The notes beneath the pieces are model-generated. The model worked only from the letters and a program-made list of their open reading frames with translations, was not told the origin of the DNA and made no database searches. The position numbers and the translations under genes were made by a program. This document shows positions 1-10,400 of a DNA stretch of 39,906 nt, in pieces. Source of the DNA: Bacteroidota bacterium. Its GTDB lineage: Bacteria; Bacteroidota; Bacteroidia; Chitinophagales; Saprospiraceae. Position 1 is the stretch's first letter; every line of letters starts with the position of its first letter. The stretch covers positions 1 to 39,906 of the forward strand of contig JBCBDH010000001.1 in the NCBI GenBank assembly GCA_038529855.1. The letters run 5' to 3'.

Positions 1-1397
1 GGGGTAGGGGCGCTATCGGAAACTAATATGCTACTGCAATTATTAGACTCCGTATCGTAGCAGCTATCATAAAAGGCTTGGACTTGATCAACGTGATCAG
101 TCAGGGCACTTACATTTTGTAAAATGGTATTATCGCTGTTTTGTAAGGCAGAATAAGCAACGATAAATTCATTGACAGCGCCAGGGTCCAAGCGGAAAGG
201 GCCCATAGAAGCGAGTACTTTTCGATCGCCAGGTGTATTCCCAGCGCTTACTTCTGAATCGCCATTGGGATCATTGGGATCATCAGGATACAATTGGTTG
301 GGGAGGAGATTGCCATTGAGGTCTTTGCCCTTTAGTAATTCCAGGTATTCTGGGCCAGTGAGATTGGAAGGGTTGTCGACCAGCATAAATTTTACATCAG
401 TCACCAAATCTCCCATCTCATTAAATGGACCTCTGAAGATATCCATCGCCATGACTGGGCTATTGCTGCCATAAGCATTCTCATCATCGTCATCACCATT
501 ATAAGCATAGGCCGTCCAGCGGTTGGGGATCGTACCGACAAAGTCATCATTGGGATTGCCAATATCAAAGTCAGTGAAAATCCCCATATAGGTAGAGTCG
601 AGGGATACTGGTCCATTATGGATAATTTTATTGTAGACTATCACGGTATTATTAAGGGGATGATCATTCTCTTCACAGCCATAAATCAAAACCTGAGTCT
701 GTACCTCTACATCCATTGCTAAAAGTTGGGATTGGGTGTGAGTAGCGGCATCTGTATAGATCGTCCAGAGCATTTCTGTGGGCAATTCAATGTCTTGGTC
801 ACAACCGCGGGTAAATACATTGGGATGATCGCCATCATCAGGATTATACTGGTTATCTCCATTGGCATCTTTGAAAGGGGCAAGACCAGCAGTGGTATTA
901 GGGAGCGTTTGTCCATCATTGAATTCTTCAAAATAGGGATTGCCTCTTGCTGGCCAAGCATAAATACTGGGGAGTGGATCATCAATGACCCCATTATCAA
1001 GAAAGTCATCAATGTGCTTTTCTACATCAATCTTTGGGATACGCCAAACACCATTGAGTTCAAAGGGTTCATTGTTGAATCGATCATAATGTCCAGGGAA
1101 AAAATCGGCCTTACCATTTTCATTGTACACCTGAATGGCTCCTTTCCAAAAGCCAGCAGCCGTTCGTCCACCCATCCAAAGTCCTGCGGCACGGATGGTG
1201 CTAAGGTCTTCGTTGCCTCCTTGACTGGGAAAAATAAATTGCCCCTTATCAAAATCCCAAAATAGGGCGCCATTAGAATTGATGGTTGCTTTGACCCTAT
1301 TGGCATTGATGGTCGCACCAATGGGCTCGTCTTGTGCGTAAAGTAAGTAGGGAAAAACAAAGAGTAGAAAGAGGAGTGTGTTGAATTTAGTTATCAT
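1..1397 (-). CDS. Secreted hypothetical protein; its 3' end lies outside the window and the ORF is absent from the supplied track
   Basis: Hand translation of the minus strand from ATG (1397-1395) gives MITKFNTLLFLLFVFPYLLYAQDEPIGATINANRVKATINSNGALFWDFDKGQFIFPSQGGNEDLSTIRAAGLWMGG... The frame stays open for about 465 codons to position 1. The N-terminus looks like a signal peptide, and the rest is D/N/G/P-rich. Track ORFs 172-474(+), 726-1265(+), 401-616(-), 719-1012(-) and 1022-1360(-) all lie inside it in other frames. Confidence 0.8.
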   Translation of the reverse strand, partial: MITKFNTLLFLLFVFPYLLYAQDEPIGATINANRVKATINSNGALFWDFDKGQFIFPSQGGNEDLSTIRAAGLWMGGRTAAGFWKGAIQVYNENGKADFFPGHYDRFNNEPFELNGVWRIPKIDVEKHIDDFLDNGVIDDPLPSIYAWPARGNPYFEEFNDGQTLPNTTAGLAPFKDANGDNQYNPDDGDHPNVFTRGCDQDIELPTEMLWTIYTDAATHTQSQLLAMDVEVQTQVLIYGCEENDHPLNNTVIVYNKIIHNGPVSLDSTYMGIFTDFDIGNPNDDFVGTIPNRWTAYAYNGDDDDENAYGSNSPVMAMDIFRGPFNEMGDLVTDVKFMLVDNPSNLTGPEYLELLKGKDLNGNLLPNQLYPDDPNDPNGDSEVSAGNTPGDRKVLASMGPFRLDPGAVNEFIVAYSALQNSDNTILQNVSALTDHVDQVQAFYDSCYDTESNNCSSILVSDSAPT

Positions 1398-1564
1398 GCT
1401 ATTACTGATTTAGGTGTGTAAGAATAAATTGTTGCCGCCGTGCTTTGAAGTTAAGCATAAAAAAACAGAAAAGTTAACAAGCTTAATAGATTAGTCAGCA
1501 TGCTAATTAATTGTTATTTTTATCATCCCAAGTACTTTTCCCCAATCCTTTTAAAGTAAATATC

Positions 1565-2473
1565 ATGACAAGTTCGTCTTTACTAGATGTAATCATTATT
1601 GGTGGTAGTTATGCAGGTCTTTCAGCGGCGATGGCCCTTGGGAGGTCCATGCGGAAGACCTTGATTATTGATCATGGTCAACCCTGCAATCGACAAACGC
1701 CTCATGCTCATAATTTTTTGACCCAAGACGGTCAAACACCAGCAGCTATTTCAACACTTGCCAGAGAACAAGTTGAGCGGTATCCCACCATTCGGTTCTG
1801 TAGTGATTTGGCTATTAGTGGAGAAAAGGTGGCGGAGGGCTTTGAAATCCATACCCAACAAGGGCAAACATTTAAAGCGAAGAAACTGATTTTTGCTAGC
1901 GGTATAAAAGATATCATGCCAGACATCAAAGGCTTTGCGGCTTGTTGGGGTATTTCTGTGATTCATTGCCCCTACTGTCATGGTTATGAATATCGAGGGA
2001 AAAAGACTGGGATTATGGTCGGTGGAGACCGAGCCTTTCATCTAGCTACCTTGGTTGCTAATCTCACACAGGATTTAAGTATTATTTGTGCTGGGCCAGC
2101 CGATTTTAGCGAGACACAAATGAATAGACTTCAAAAAAACCAGATTAAGATCATTGAAAGTAGGGTCACTGAAATCGAACATCACAATGGCCATCTCAAG
2201 GCATTGGTATTTGATAATGGAGACAAGCAGGTTTTTGATGCAGTTTATGCAGGCGTTCCCTTTGAGCAGCATACGAAGATTCCTTTAGACTTAGGCTGTG
2301 AATATACAGATCAAGGCTATATTCAAACGGATGATTTCCAGAAGACCAATGTGCCTGGTATCTTTGCTTGTGGTGATAATGCGAGTCCTCTACGCGCTGT
2401 TGCTCAAGCCATTGCCAAAGGGAATATGGCTGGAGCTATTGCCAACAGTGAATTGGCAGAAGAGCAGTTTTAG
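1565..2473 (+). CDS. FAD/NAD(P)-dependent pyridine nucleotide-disulfide oxidoreductase, thioredoxin-reductase-like
   Basis: Track ORF 1511-2473. It has a dinucleotide-binding motif (DVIIIGGSYAGLSAA), a redox CxxC (HCPYCHGYE) and a C-terminal FAD motif (GIFACGDNA). I moved the start to ATG 1565 (MTSSSLLDVIIIGG) because 1511 is a TTG and the GxGxxG motif normally lies close to the N-terminus. Confidence 0.8.
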   Translation: MTSSSLLDVIIIGGSYAGLSAAMALGRSMRKTLIIDHGQPCNRQTPHAHNFLTQDGQTPAAISTLAREQVERYPTIRFCSDLAISGEKVAEGFEIHTQQGQTFKAKKLIFASGIKDIMPDIKGFAACWGISVIHCPYCHGYEYRGKKTGIMVGGDRAFHLATLVANLTQDLSIICAGPADFSETQMNRLQKNQIKIIESRVTEIEHHNGHLKALVFDNGDKQVFDAVYAGVPFEQHTKIPLDLGCEYTDQGYIQTDDFQKTNVPGIFACGDNASPLRAVAQAIAKGNMAGAIANSELAEEQF

Positions 2474-2508
2474 TAACCATCATTATCCTTTTCAGTATTT
2501 GAGTATAT

Positions 2509-4125
2509 TTGTCAAAAGCACCTAAATATTCAAATATGCAATTGTTTGCTCTTCGACTGAGTCTTGGGTTTGTCTGCCTCTCTCTTCTTTTTTCTTGTAC
2601 AGAGCAAGAAGCTACTTCAAGCCTCCCCAGAATTGCCATTGCGGGATTGGCTATCGAATCCAGTACCTTCTCTCCAGCCACAACAGAAGAGGAGGCTTTT
2701 CACGCTCGTTATAAAAATGGTATTTTTTATGAGTACCCCTTCCTTGCGGAAAGTGCGGATTTGCGCAATCGCGCCCATTGGATACCTACAGTCAGAGGAC
2801 ATGCCTTGCCTGGGGGGATGGTTACCAGAGAAGCTTATGAGTCGCTAGTGGGAAAGACTTTAAAATTATTGAAAGACAGCTTGCCCTACGATGGCCTTTT
2901 CTTTGATATTCACGGGGCGATGAGTGTAGAGGGGATTGAAGATCCCGAAGGTGATTTTATCCTTCGCGTCAGAGAAATTGTGGGTCTAGAAACCATGGTT
3001 TCCACTTCTATGGATTTGCATGGCAATGTTTCTGAACGGCTTGCTTTCCATACTGATCTCATCACCTGTTATCGAATGGCGCCCCATGAAGATGCGATGG
3101 AATCCAAAAAACGTGCGGCTGAAAATTTAGTCCTGCGATTGGAAAGTGGAAAAGGTAAACCCAAATACAAAGCCCGTATCAAAGTCCCCATTCTACTGCC
3201 TGGAGAAAAAACCAGTACGCGCGTAGAACCTGGAAAAAGTCTTTATGCCAAAGTCCAACCGCTGACCGAGCAGGCGGGTGTCCTGGATGCTGCGATCTGG
3301 ATGGGCTATCCCTGGGCAGATGAGGCTCGAAATCATGGCGTTGTAATGGCGGTGGGTGATGAGGAGCAGCAGGTTGGGCAAGCAGCTGAAGAATTGGCCC
3401 AAGCCTTCTGGGCCGCCCGTGACGAATTCGAATTTGTCGCTCCCACCACGACTTTAGAAGAAAGCATCCAGACTGCGCTCAATAGCCAAGACCGCCCCTT
3501 CTTCATCAGCGATATGGGCGATAACCCCACAGCTGGTGGCGCTGGCGATGTCACCTGGACCTTGCAGGAAATCCTCAAGCATCCCCAGCTCAATTCCAAA
3601 ACAGGCCCCATGCTCGTCTACGCCTCCATCCCAGGTCCTGAGCTAATCGAGCAAGCCTTAACAGCTGGCATTGGTGCTCAAGTATCCGCTCCCGTTGGCG
3701 CCGCCATCGACAATCGCTACGCTCCCCCTCTTCAGCTAAGTGGAACCGTGCTCGCGATCAAAGAAGGCGATAAAAATGCAGAAGTCGAAGTCGTCGTCAA
3801 AGTGAATAATATTCATGTCATCGTCACTAAAAAAAGAAAACCCTATCATTACGAAAAGGATTTTCTAGAGCTGGATTTGGATATCAGAAAGGCGGACATC
3901 GTCGTCGTCAAAATTGGCTACCTGGTTCCAGAATTATACGATATTCAAAAAGCTTGGCTCATGGCCCTGACGCCTGGTGGGGTAGACCAAGATTTGAAGC
4001 GCCTGCCATATCAAAACATTCAAAGACCTATGTTTCCAGTGGATGAATTTGAGGAGGAGCCCAAGCTAAAAGCTCAATTTATTCCATTGTCTTGTCAAAA
4101 AGTAATAGATTCGTACAATTACTAG
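2509..4125 (+). CDS. MlrC-like (peptidase M81 family) protein, probable lipoprotein
   Basis: It has the N-terminal signature RIAIAGLAIESSTFSP and the block FFDIHGAMSVEGIEDPEGDFILRVREIVG...SMDLHGNVSERL...CYRMAPHEDAMES, both typical of MlrC N-domains as I remember them. The signal/lipobox is MQLFALRLSLGFVCLSLLFSC. The real start may be ATG 2536 rather than 2509. Confidence 0.7.
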   Translation: MSKAPKYSNMQLFALRLSLGFVCLSLLFSCTEQEATSSLPRIAIAGLAIESSTFSPATTEEEAFHARYKNGIFYEYPFLAESADLRNRAHWIPTVRGHALPGGMVTREAYESLVGKTLKLLKDSLPYDGLFFDIHGAMSVEGIEDPEGDFILRVREIVGLETMVSTSMDLHGNVSERLAFHTDLITCYRMAPHEDAMESKKRAAENLVLRLESGKGKPKYKARIKVPILLPGEKTSTRVEPGKSLYAKVQPLTEQAGVLDAAIWMGYPWADEARNHGVVMAVGDEEQQVGQAAEELAQAFWAARDEFEFVAPTTTLEESIQTALNSQDRPFFISDMGDNPTAGGAGDVTWTLQEILKHPQLNSKTGPMLVYASIPGPELIEQALTAGIGAQVSAPVGAAIDNRYAPPLQLSGTVLAIKEGDKNAEVEVVVKVNNIHVIVTKKRKPYHYEKDFLELDLDIRKADIVVVKIGYLVPELYDIQKAWLMALTPGGVDQDLKRLPYQNIQRPMFPVDEFEEEPKLKAQFIPLSCQKVIDSYNY

Positions 4126-4488
4126 GAATACTTTATGCGTTAGTTCTATGATTATTTGATTTTTTCAAAAAGAGCATTTATCTTCGACACTGTGCTTACT
4201 TACTTAAATAGCAAGTACAGTATCGTCCTCTAATCCATCTTCTCTTTTTATTTATTTCGGGAAATGTTACGTCTTATTCTGAGCTGAGGCGTATGGAATT
4301 TAATAGACCTAGGAGACCAGGCCTTAAAGCGCAGTTCTTTGTAGTGTGCTTTAGGTAGATGATCTGCTTTGTCTTGACCCAAACAGGAATAGCTACTTTA
4401 TTTCTAAAGATTTTTTACATCGTTCCAGAAGATAAAACAATGGCTATTGGTCTAAGGTAATGGATCAACTGTAGCCGCTGCATGGTGT

Positions 4489-7400
4489 GTGCTTACAAAC
4501 TATGCCAGGAATTTTATTTTATGGATAACCCTGAAAATCAAGCCTGTGGCAACCATCAATATTCCTATCTCGGAACTGGATCCGAGAGTTGTTCAGATTG
4601 GAAAATTAATTGGTATACTTGAGCAAAACGGTGCAAGTTCCCTGACCTTAAATGCCAATTGGTTTCAACAACCGCTCAGTTATTTACAAGCCATTCCCTA
4701 CAACCCAGAATTGCTCAATGTTCTGGAAACTTTATTGGGAGAGGCCAGTGGCAATTCTTTGGGAACACCCAAAAAAGCCTTAGATCGACTTTGGTATCCC
4801 TTCCTCAATCCATCAACTTCTGGCCAATCGACCAATCCTCAACCATTGGGTATTTACCTGGTCAGCAGCCAACCAGACCCTACCAAAGGAACCGTCATTG
4901 GCTTGGGTTTGCTCTACGATTTTGAGCCACAGACTAGCGTCACGGTTACGCCCTATGCTTACTTCCCTCTGCTCCAACTTCCGCTGGATGGTAATACTAA
5001 TTTTGCATTCATACTAGGTGCAGCCAATTATCCAGTTGAACTGGGTTGTAATATTTTAGGGCCTGGAGTTTTTCAAACTGGTACGAGTATTAATGATTTG
5101 TCTTTTGATGGCTTTATCGCAGGGGCGGATATTTATTTTCAGCAAGCCGCTTCGCTTGATCTGTCTTTTGTCAACCTCAAACTTCCAGGAGAATCCAAAG
5201 GCCAGAATACTTCGCTTCAAGAGTTGATCAATAACACGACTGTTGAAGATTGGATAAGTATTACTTTCTCTGTCCTTGGCGCACAATTGGCCAAAGCCAA
5301 TACCAGTACTGCCAATGCCAATGCCGATACCGCAGCCAATATCATCAATAGCATCTTGCAAATGCTTGGTCTTTTGGACATCGTTCCAGCTATTGATTGG
5401 GCGAGCCTCATTTCCAATCCCAGCCAGGCGGGTACTATTTTCAAGGACTGGTTTCGCTCTATCGTCAGTACACCAGAAAGCTTAAAAGCATGGCTCAATG
5501 ATTGGTATTGCATTTTCAATAATCAAAACCCATTAGCCGCTACAGCTAATGATCATATCAGTGGCGATGGCAGCAAGGAAAATCCTTATGCCATTAATAT
5601 CCTGGAATTTATCCTAAATGATCAAACCGCTATTCTTGTTGATTTTACCTTTGCTTTCCAAATCGACAATGATGGAGTGGTGACGATTTTCCCTGGCTTT
5701 GAAGTAGCCACTAGTGCCAAACAGGTCGTCTCTTCCATCAGCCAGTTGGGTCTATTGGTTCGAGCAAAGACGGAGGTTTTACAGGGTCAACTTTTTGTGG
5801 ATAATGGCCTCTCTAATTTTACGATTTTCCCTTCCTTCGAGATCATGGCGGTGGCCGCCAATCCCGATGGTCAAAGTCCGCTTTTTTCTGTAGCTGACCC
5901 AAGTTCTACCCAAGTAAGATTGAGCAATGGACAGCCACCAACTTTTAGCGTTGGTTCTATGCAAGTGGGCTTTGCGGTAGCGAATTATTACGATACGGCA
6001 AGTGCTAGCATCCCCGCACCTACCTTCCGCCTGACTGAAGTAATCGCAGGCGAAGGCACCTGGCCCTCTATTGACATGACCAATCTGAGTACGGACACCG
6101 TCTTGGAGATCATTGAGGCTATCGTCAAACAAAGTATTGATAATTTTTTCCAGCAGACTGGTTCTGTAGACTTATCGGATAACCTACAAGCCATTTTGGG
6201 ATTGAAAGCTCCGCCTAGCTTTAGTGGCACCTGGCCCTTGGCTGATCAATTACTACTTGCGCCCAATACCATCCAATTGCTGATCAATGATCCAATGGGT
6301 GCTCTGGGGGCTTATTATGAGCGCTGTTTGACGATGGCGGATGATAATGGACCGCTTTGGAATTATATGATGCCTTCCTTTGTCAAGGCGCTGGGAGGTA
6401 CGGGGGTTCAGCTAGCGGGAAAGGGGAGCGAGACGGAGCCTTGGCGAGTAGAGCTGATCAATATTGGCAATGCGGTAGCTTATGCGCAAAGTTGGTTGGA
6501 TAGCCAAAACCCCAAACAGCTACAGTTGGGTTTTTACTTCAAAGTGCCCGTTACGATTAGTGCGGTCGAGGCGGATATTGGAGTCAATGTCGATTTGATG
6601 CAGGCTACCTTACCCAATATTGATGGTACGGGTGCCTTTGCCGCTTCTTGGTTCCAAGGCTTTAATACCCAATTAGATCTTACTGGACCCAATAATACCC
6701 CCATTAAATCACCAACATTGGGTGGTTTGACTTTTGAAGCCAATAGCCTTTTGTTCCAATTGGGTTGGAATCAGCTCCAACAGTTCAACAGCACCGCTAC
6801 GCTTCAACAAGTGAGTATACAGCCTAAGGGCTTGACTGCTATTTCGCTGGGGGATTTGGTTTTCACCTCTATTGCCTGGTCAAGTACCCAATTGGAGCAA
6901 TTTGCTCAACCCGCAGTCAATGTACTGGGATTGCTGTTGATAGAGCATGGCGGAACGCTGGGGGTAGGAATAAGTACCATCCTGGGTTTTCTTCCTGGTC
7001 TTCCCGATCTTTTTGATGGATCGCAAAAGCAAGCGGATTATCCTTTCCCCATTCCCGAAAATTTCAGCCTGCCATCGACCTGGCCTGAGTTTAATTTGCT
7101 GACGCCCAATAATCCCTGGAAAGATGTAGAGACCCAACTCAGCAATCTATTGGCGGGTGGTGGAACCAATATGATTCCCGCCATGCAAATGCTTGGCTGG
7201 TCACTCACTCAAATCCTACCCAATCCACCTAGCAAAACGCCAGCTGGTAGCTTGACTGATCCCTGGTTTGTTTCGCTTCCCAATTTTTGGAATGTAGAGG
7301 TCTTGACTTGGTTGGGGGCTAATAATCAAATGGGCTTTGGTTTGCGGCGGCCAGTGAGCACCAATGTTGGGGCGGGTGTTAAATTACAAGTTAGTGTTCG

Positions 7401-10400
7401 GGCAGATGTGCCTGGTTTTATCATCACGCCTACCAGCAATCCTTCAATAAGCAATAGCGAAGCGATTTATCCGAGAATTTGGCTATCAGCCAGTATGACC
7501 AATGCCACAGAAGGTAGTCCTCTTTTCCGTGGGCCCAATGGCATTCTGGATATCGACCTCGTTTATTTTGGGGCATCTGCCATGCTGATCAATGGGGAAT
7601 TAGACTATGGTTTGGATTTATCTTTTACAGATAATCAGCAAGCGACGCCTGAGGTTATAGAACTGACCAAGGTGCCTGATCTTCCCCAATACACCTGTTT
7701 GCAGGGGATGAATCTGATGGAGGGTTTGGTGAATTCCTGGATGGTGAAAGTATCAGCGACCATCAATTCGGCTGGCGCCTCCTTCCCACAATTACAATCC
7801 TTACTAGACCTACTGTCCAATCTCGATTTGCTGAACAGCTCTGGATCAAGTGGCCAAAGAAGTTATGGCTTTAATTTTGGTGCATGGGATACGCTTTTGG
7901 CCAATCCAGGTCCTTTTTATTTGGCCAAGTTTAAGGTGGCGATGAATTCCGAAAGTGGGAATCAAAGCTTTTTACAAAATCTGGCTACCCTGTTGGGCTA
8001 TCCCAATTTCAATTTGTCTACCTCAGAAGATGGGATGCAGTACTTACTCTCTGCCCTGGGCTTACTCACCCCTTATCCCAATAAACTATACAACCTCAAT
8101 ATCAATGGATGGCTGCGATTGATTCGCAATCCAGTTACTTTTTTCCAAGTCAATATACCTGCATTATTTAGTGATATTGATTTGCTTCAATTGCTGATTT
8201 CTCAGCTTCAGTCCATCAACAGCCCAAACACTGATGTATTTAATGTAGATTCAACGGGCTACCTGGCTACACTACAAACCCCCACCACTAAGCCCATCCA
8301 AATAGGCAATCAGCTGATCTTATTTGGCTCTGTGCTTACAAATTTAAAGACCCTAAGTTTAACACTCAATATTGGATTAGGGGCCAATGTGATCAATTCC
8401 GCTATTGTGTTTGAGTATGTACCAGTATATAGTAATGGGACACTGACGGATAGCTATGCCTTTTTCTTGCAAGGATTACCAGACGAGGAAGTTCCCCCAT
8501 TCCCTCCCTTACAACTCTATCCCTTCCCAACGGATACTTCCAACTATCTGGCACAGCTAGGTTTGCAAATTCCTGTGTCTATACTTTCTACGCTTTTGGT
8601 CAATACCCTAAATAATTATGTGGTGCCAGCCAATCCTGTGGTCCTCAAGATTTTTGCGGTACTTGGATTGACCCGTACGTCGAGTATAACGAACAAAGAA
8701 GTGATTAAACCCCTGACTGGGATATTTATGCAGCCAGTTGAATGGGTATTGAGTACGGATGTCTTGGGCGATGGAACGCAGCATCTTGATCTCAATAAGC
8801 TAGGTGGATTATTATACAACCTGACAGATGCAGCAGGTATTGTCAGTCCTGATGGGGTGAGCCTAAAACCCTATGAAAGCGAAGGCAATAAAGATGGGGT
8901 TCAGTTGGCGGGTTTGCCTTATGGGGTAACGGTCACCTTTACGGCTAATCAGACGGTAGGAGCTAGTTTTGGGCTGAGTTTCCGCCCCACCATCACTGCC
9001 GTTCCGCTTAGGGTTGATCTGGCAGCTAGTTTGGCTTTTGGGTTGAGTAAAGGCGTCAATATCAATGGGCAGTCTACTTTGATTTATGATATTGATACGA
9101 GCACGGAGACCTATGCAAGAATCGTCAATACTTATTCACAAGACGCCTTTTCCTTGATGGTCGATGGCAAGTACCAAGGGCAGTCTTTCTACAAACCCAT
9201 TCAACTCGTTCCCTTCATTGGACTCAATCAATTTATTCCTGGTGCTGGTGATATTCAGCGGCTATTGGTATTGATTGGGGATAAACTATTTGCTGCTCTT
9301 GATACTTATGGTAGTGCTGATTTGAAGGCTTATGTCACGCCACTACAGAATTTGGCCAACATTCAAACTGGGCAGGAACTGTATGACTTCTTTGATCAAT
9401 TCATACAAAATCCGCTGGCTGCTTTTACTATCGCCAATATACAAATTACCCTCCCCAAAATTAATCAGTTTTTGACGGATTTGGGGATCAGTGGTTTTAG
9501 CCTTTCTTCTGATAATAAGCTGCTTTATTACCAGCAGGATTTTTCTAGTCGCAATAGTCAAGTCACTATTTACCTAGGGGAACAAAGCCTAAATGATACA
9601 GCGGTATTTGGGATGTGGATCGTACCCAAGGTACAGTTTGAATGGTTTACCTTACAACTCAATAATACGGGCATTGGCATCCAAACGCCAATCAATACGG
9701 GGGCTTATCAGCTTGAGTATAATGTAGAAATAGATTTGGGTTTTGATTTGAGTAGCCTGCCGATCCAAGGATTACCCACGCCATTGGTCTCCTTGAATTT
9801 TAATGGTAATCTCGACCAGATAAATGGTCCCCAATGGCGGGTTTATCCCATCCAAAAATCGACGGATACAGGGACCTTGCTCATCAATTTATTGCCTACG
9901 GCTCAATTGGAAATTACGGGTACGGGAGTGGTCCCCGCTGCACAATGGCTAGAGGCTTTTGCTACCCAATTTCTAGTCCCCTTTGTGGTCGATACCGCAC
10001 TGACCGTTCCGCAGATTGTTTACTTCCTGGATCAAATGACGATTGGAACGACACTGATTCATCCAGGACAGATATTGACTAAATGGGGTTTGATCAGCAA
10101 AGATGCAACCAGTGGAAATTACTACCTCAATCAACTCAACCAAGTTTTTGATCTCAATAATCCCGTTAGCATTATTACCCAATTGATTTATGCAGCGGCT
10201 GATCTTTTGAAAGGGGTAAATATCCTGCAGGTCTTTAATTCCAATAGTCAGTTATTGGGTTCCATCAGTATTGCTTCAGCCCCTCCTTCAGCGGGCAGTT
10301 CAGACACCTTGTATGGGCTCAATGTGCAGATGCAAGACATCATTGTCGCCACTGGCTCTAATGGCAAGGCCCCACAGTTGATCTTCCAATTGGGCAAATG

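Noticed and set aside
172-1360. Track ORFs 172-474 +, 726-1265 +, 401-616 -, 719-1012 - and 1022-1360 -
   Set aside because: All overlap the much longer open minus-strand frame (1-1397), which has a proper signal peptide. Their translations look like out-of-frame noise.
4189-4221. Imperfect inverted repeat (actgtgcttact ... agcaagtacagt) downstream of the MlrC-like gene as a terminator
   Set aside because: The stem contains an A-C mismatch and a G.U pair, the loop is 9 nt, and there is no U-tract. The evidence is too weak to report as a feature.
4126-4488. A Bacteroidota-type promoter (TTG -33 / TAnnTTTG -7) upstream of the giant gene, and similarly in 16858-16917
   Set aside because: I found only partial matches (for example tatttg and tattttttattg) and no exact TAnnTTTG box at a sensible distance. 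A promoter is likely present but cannot be positioned by eye.
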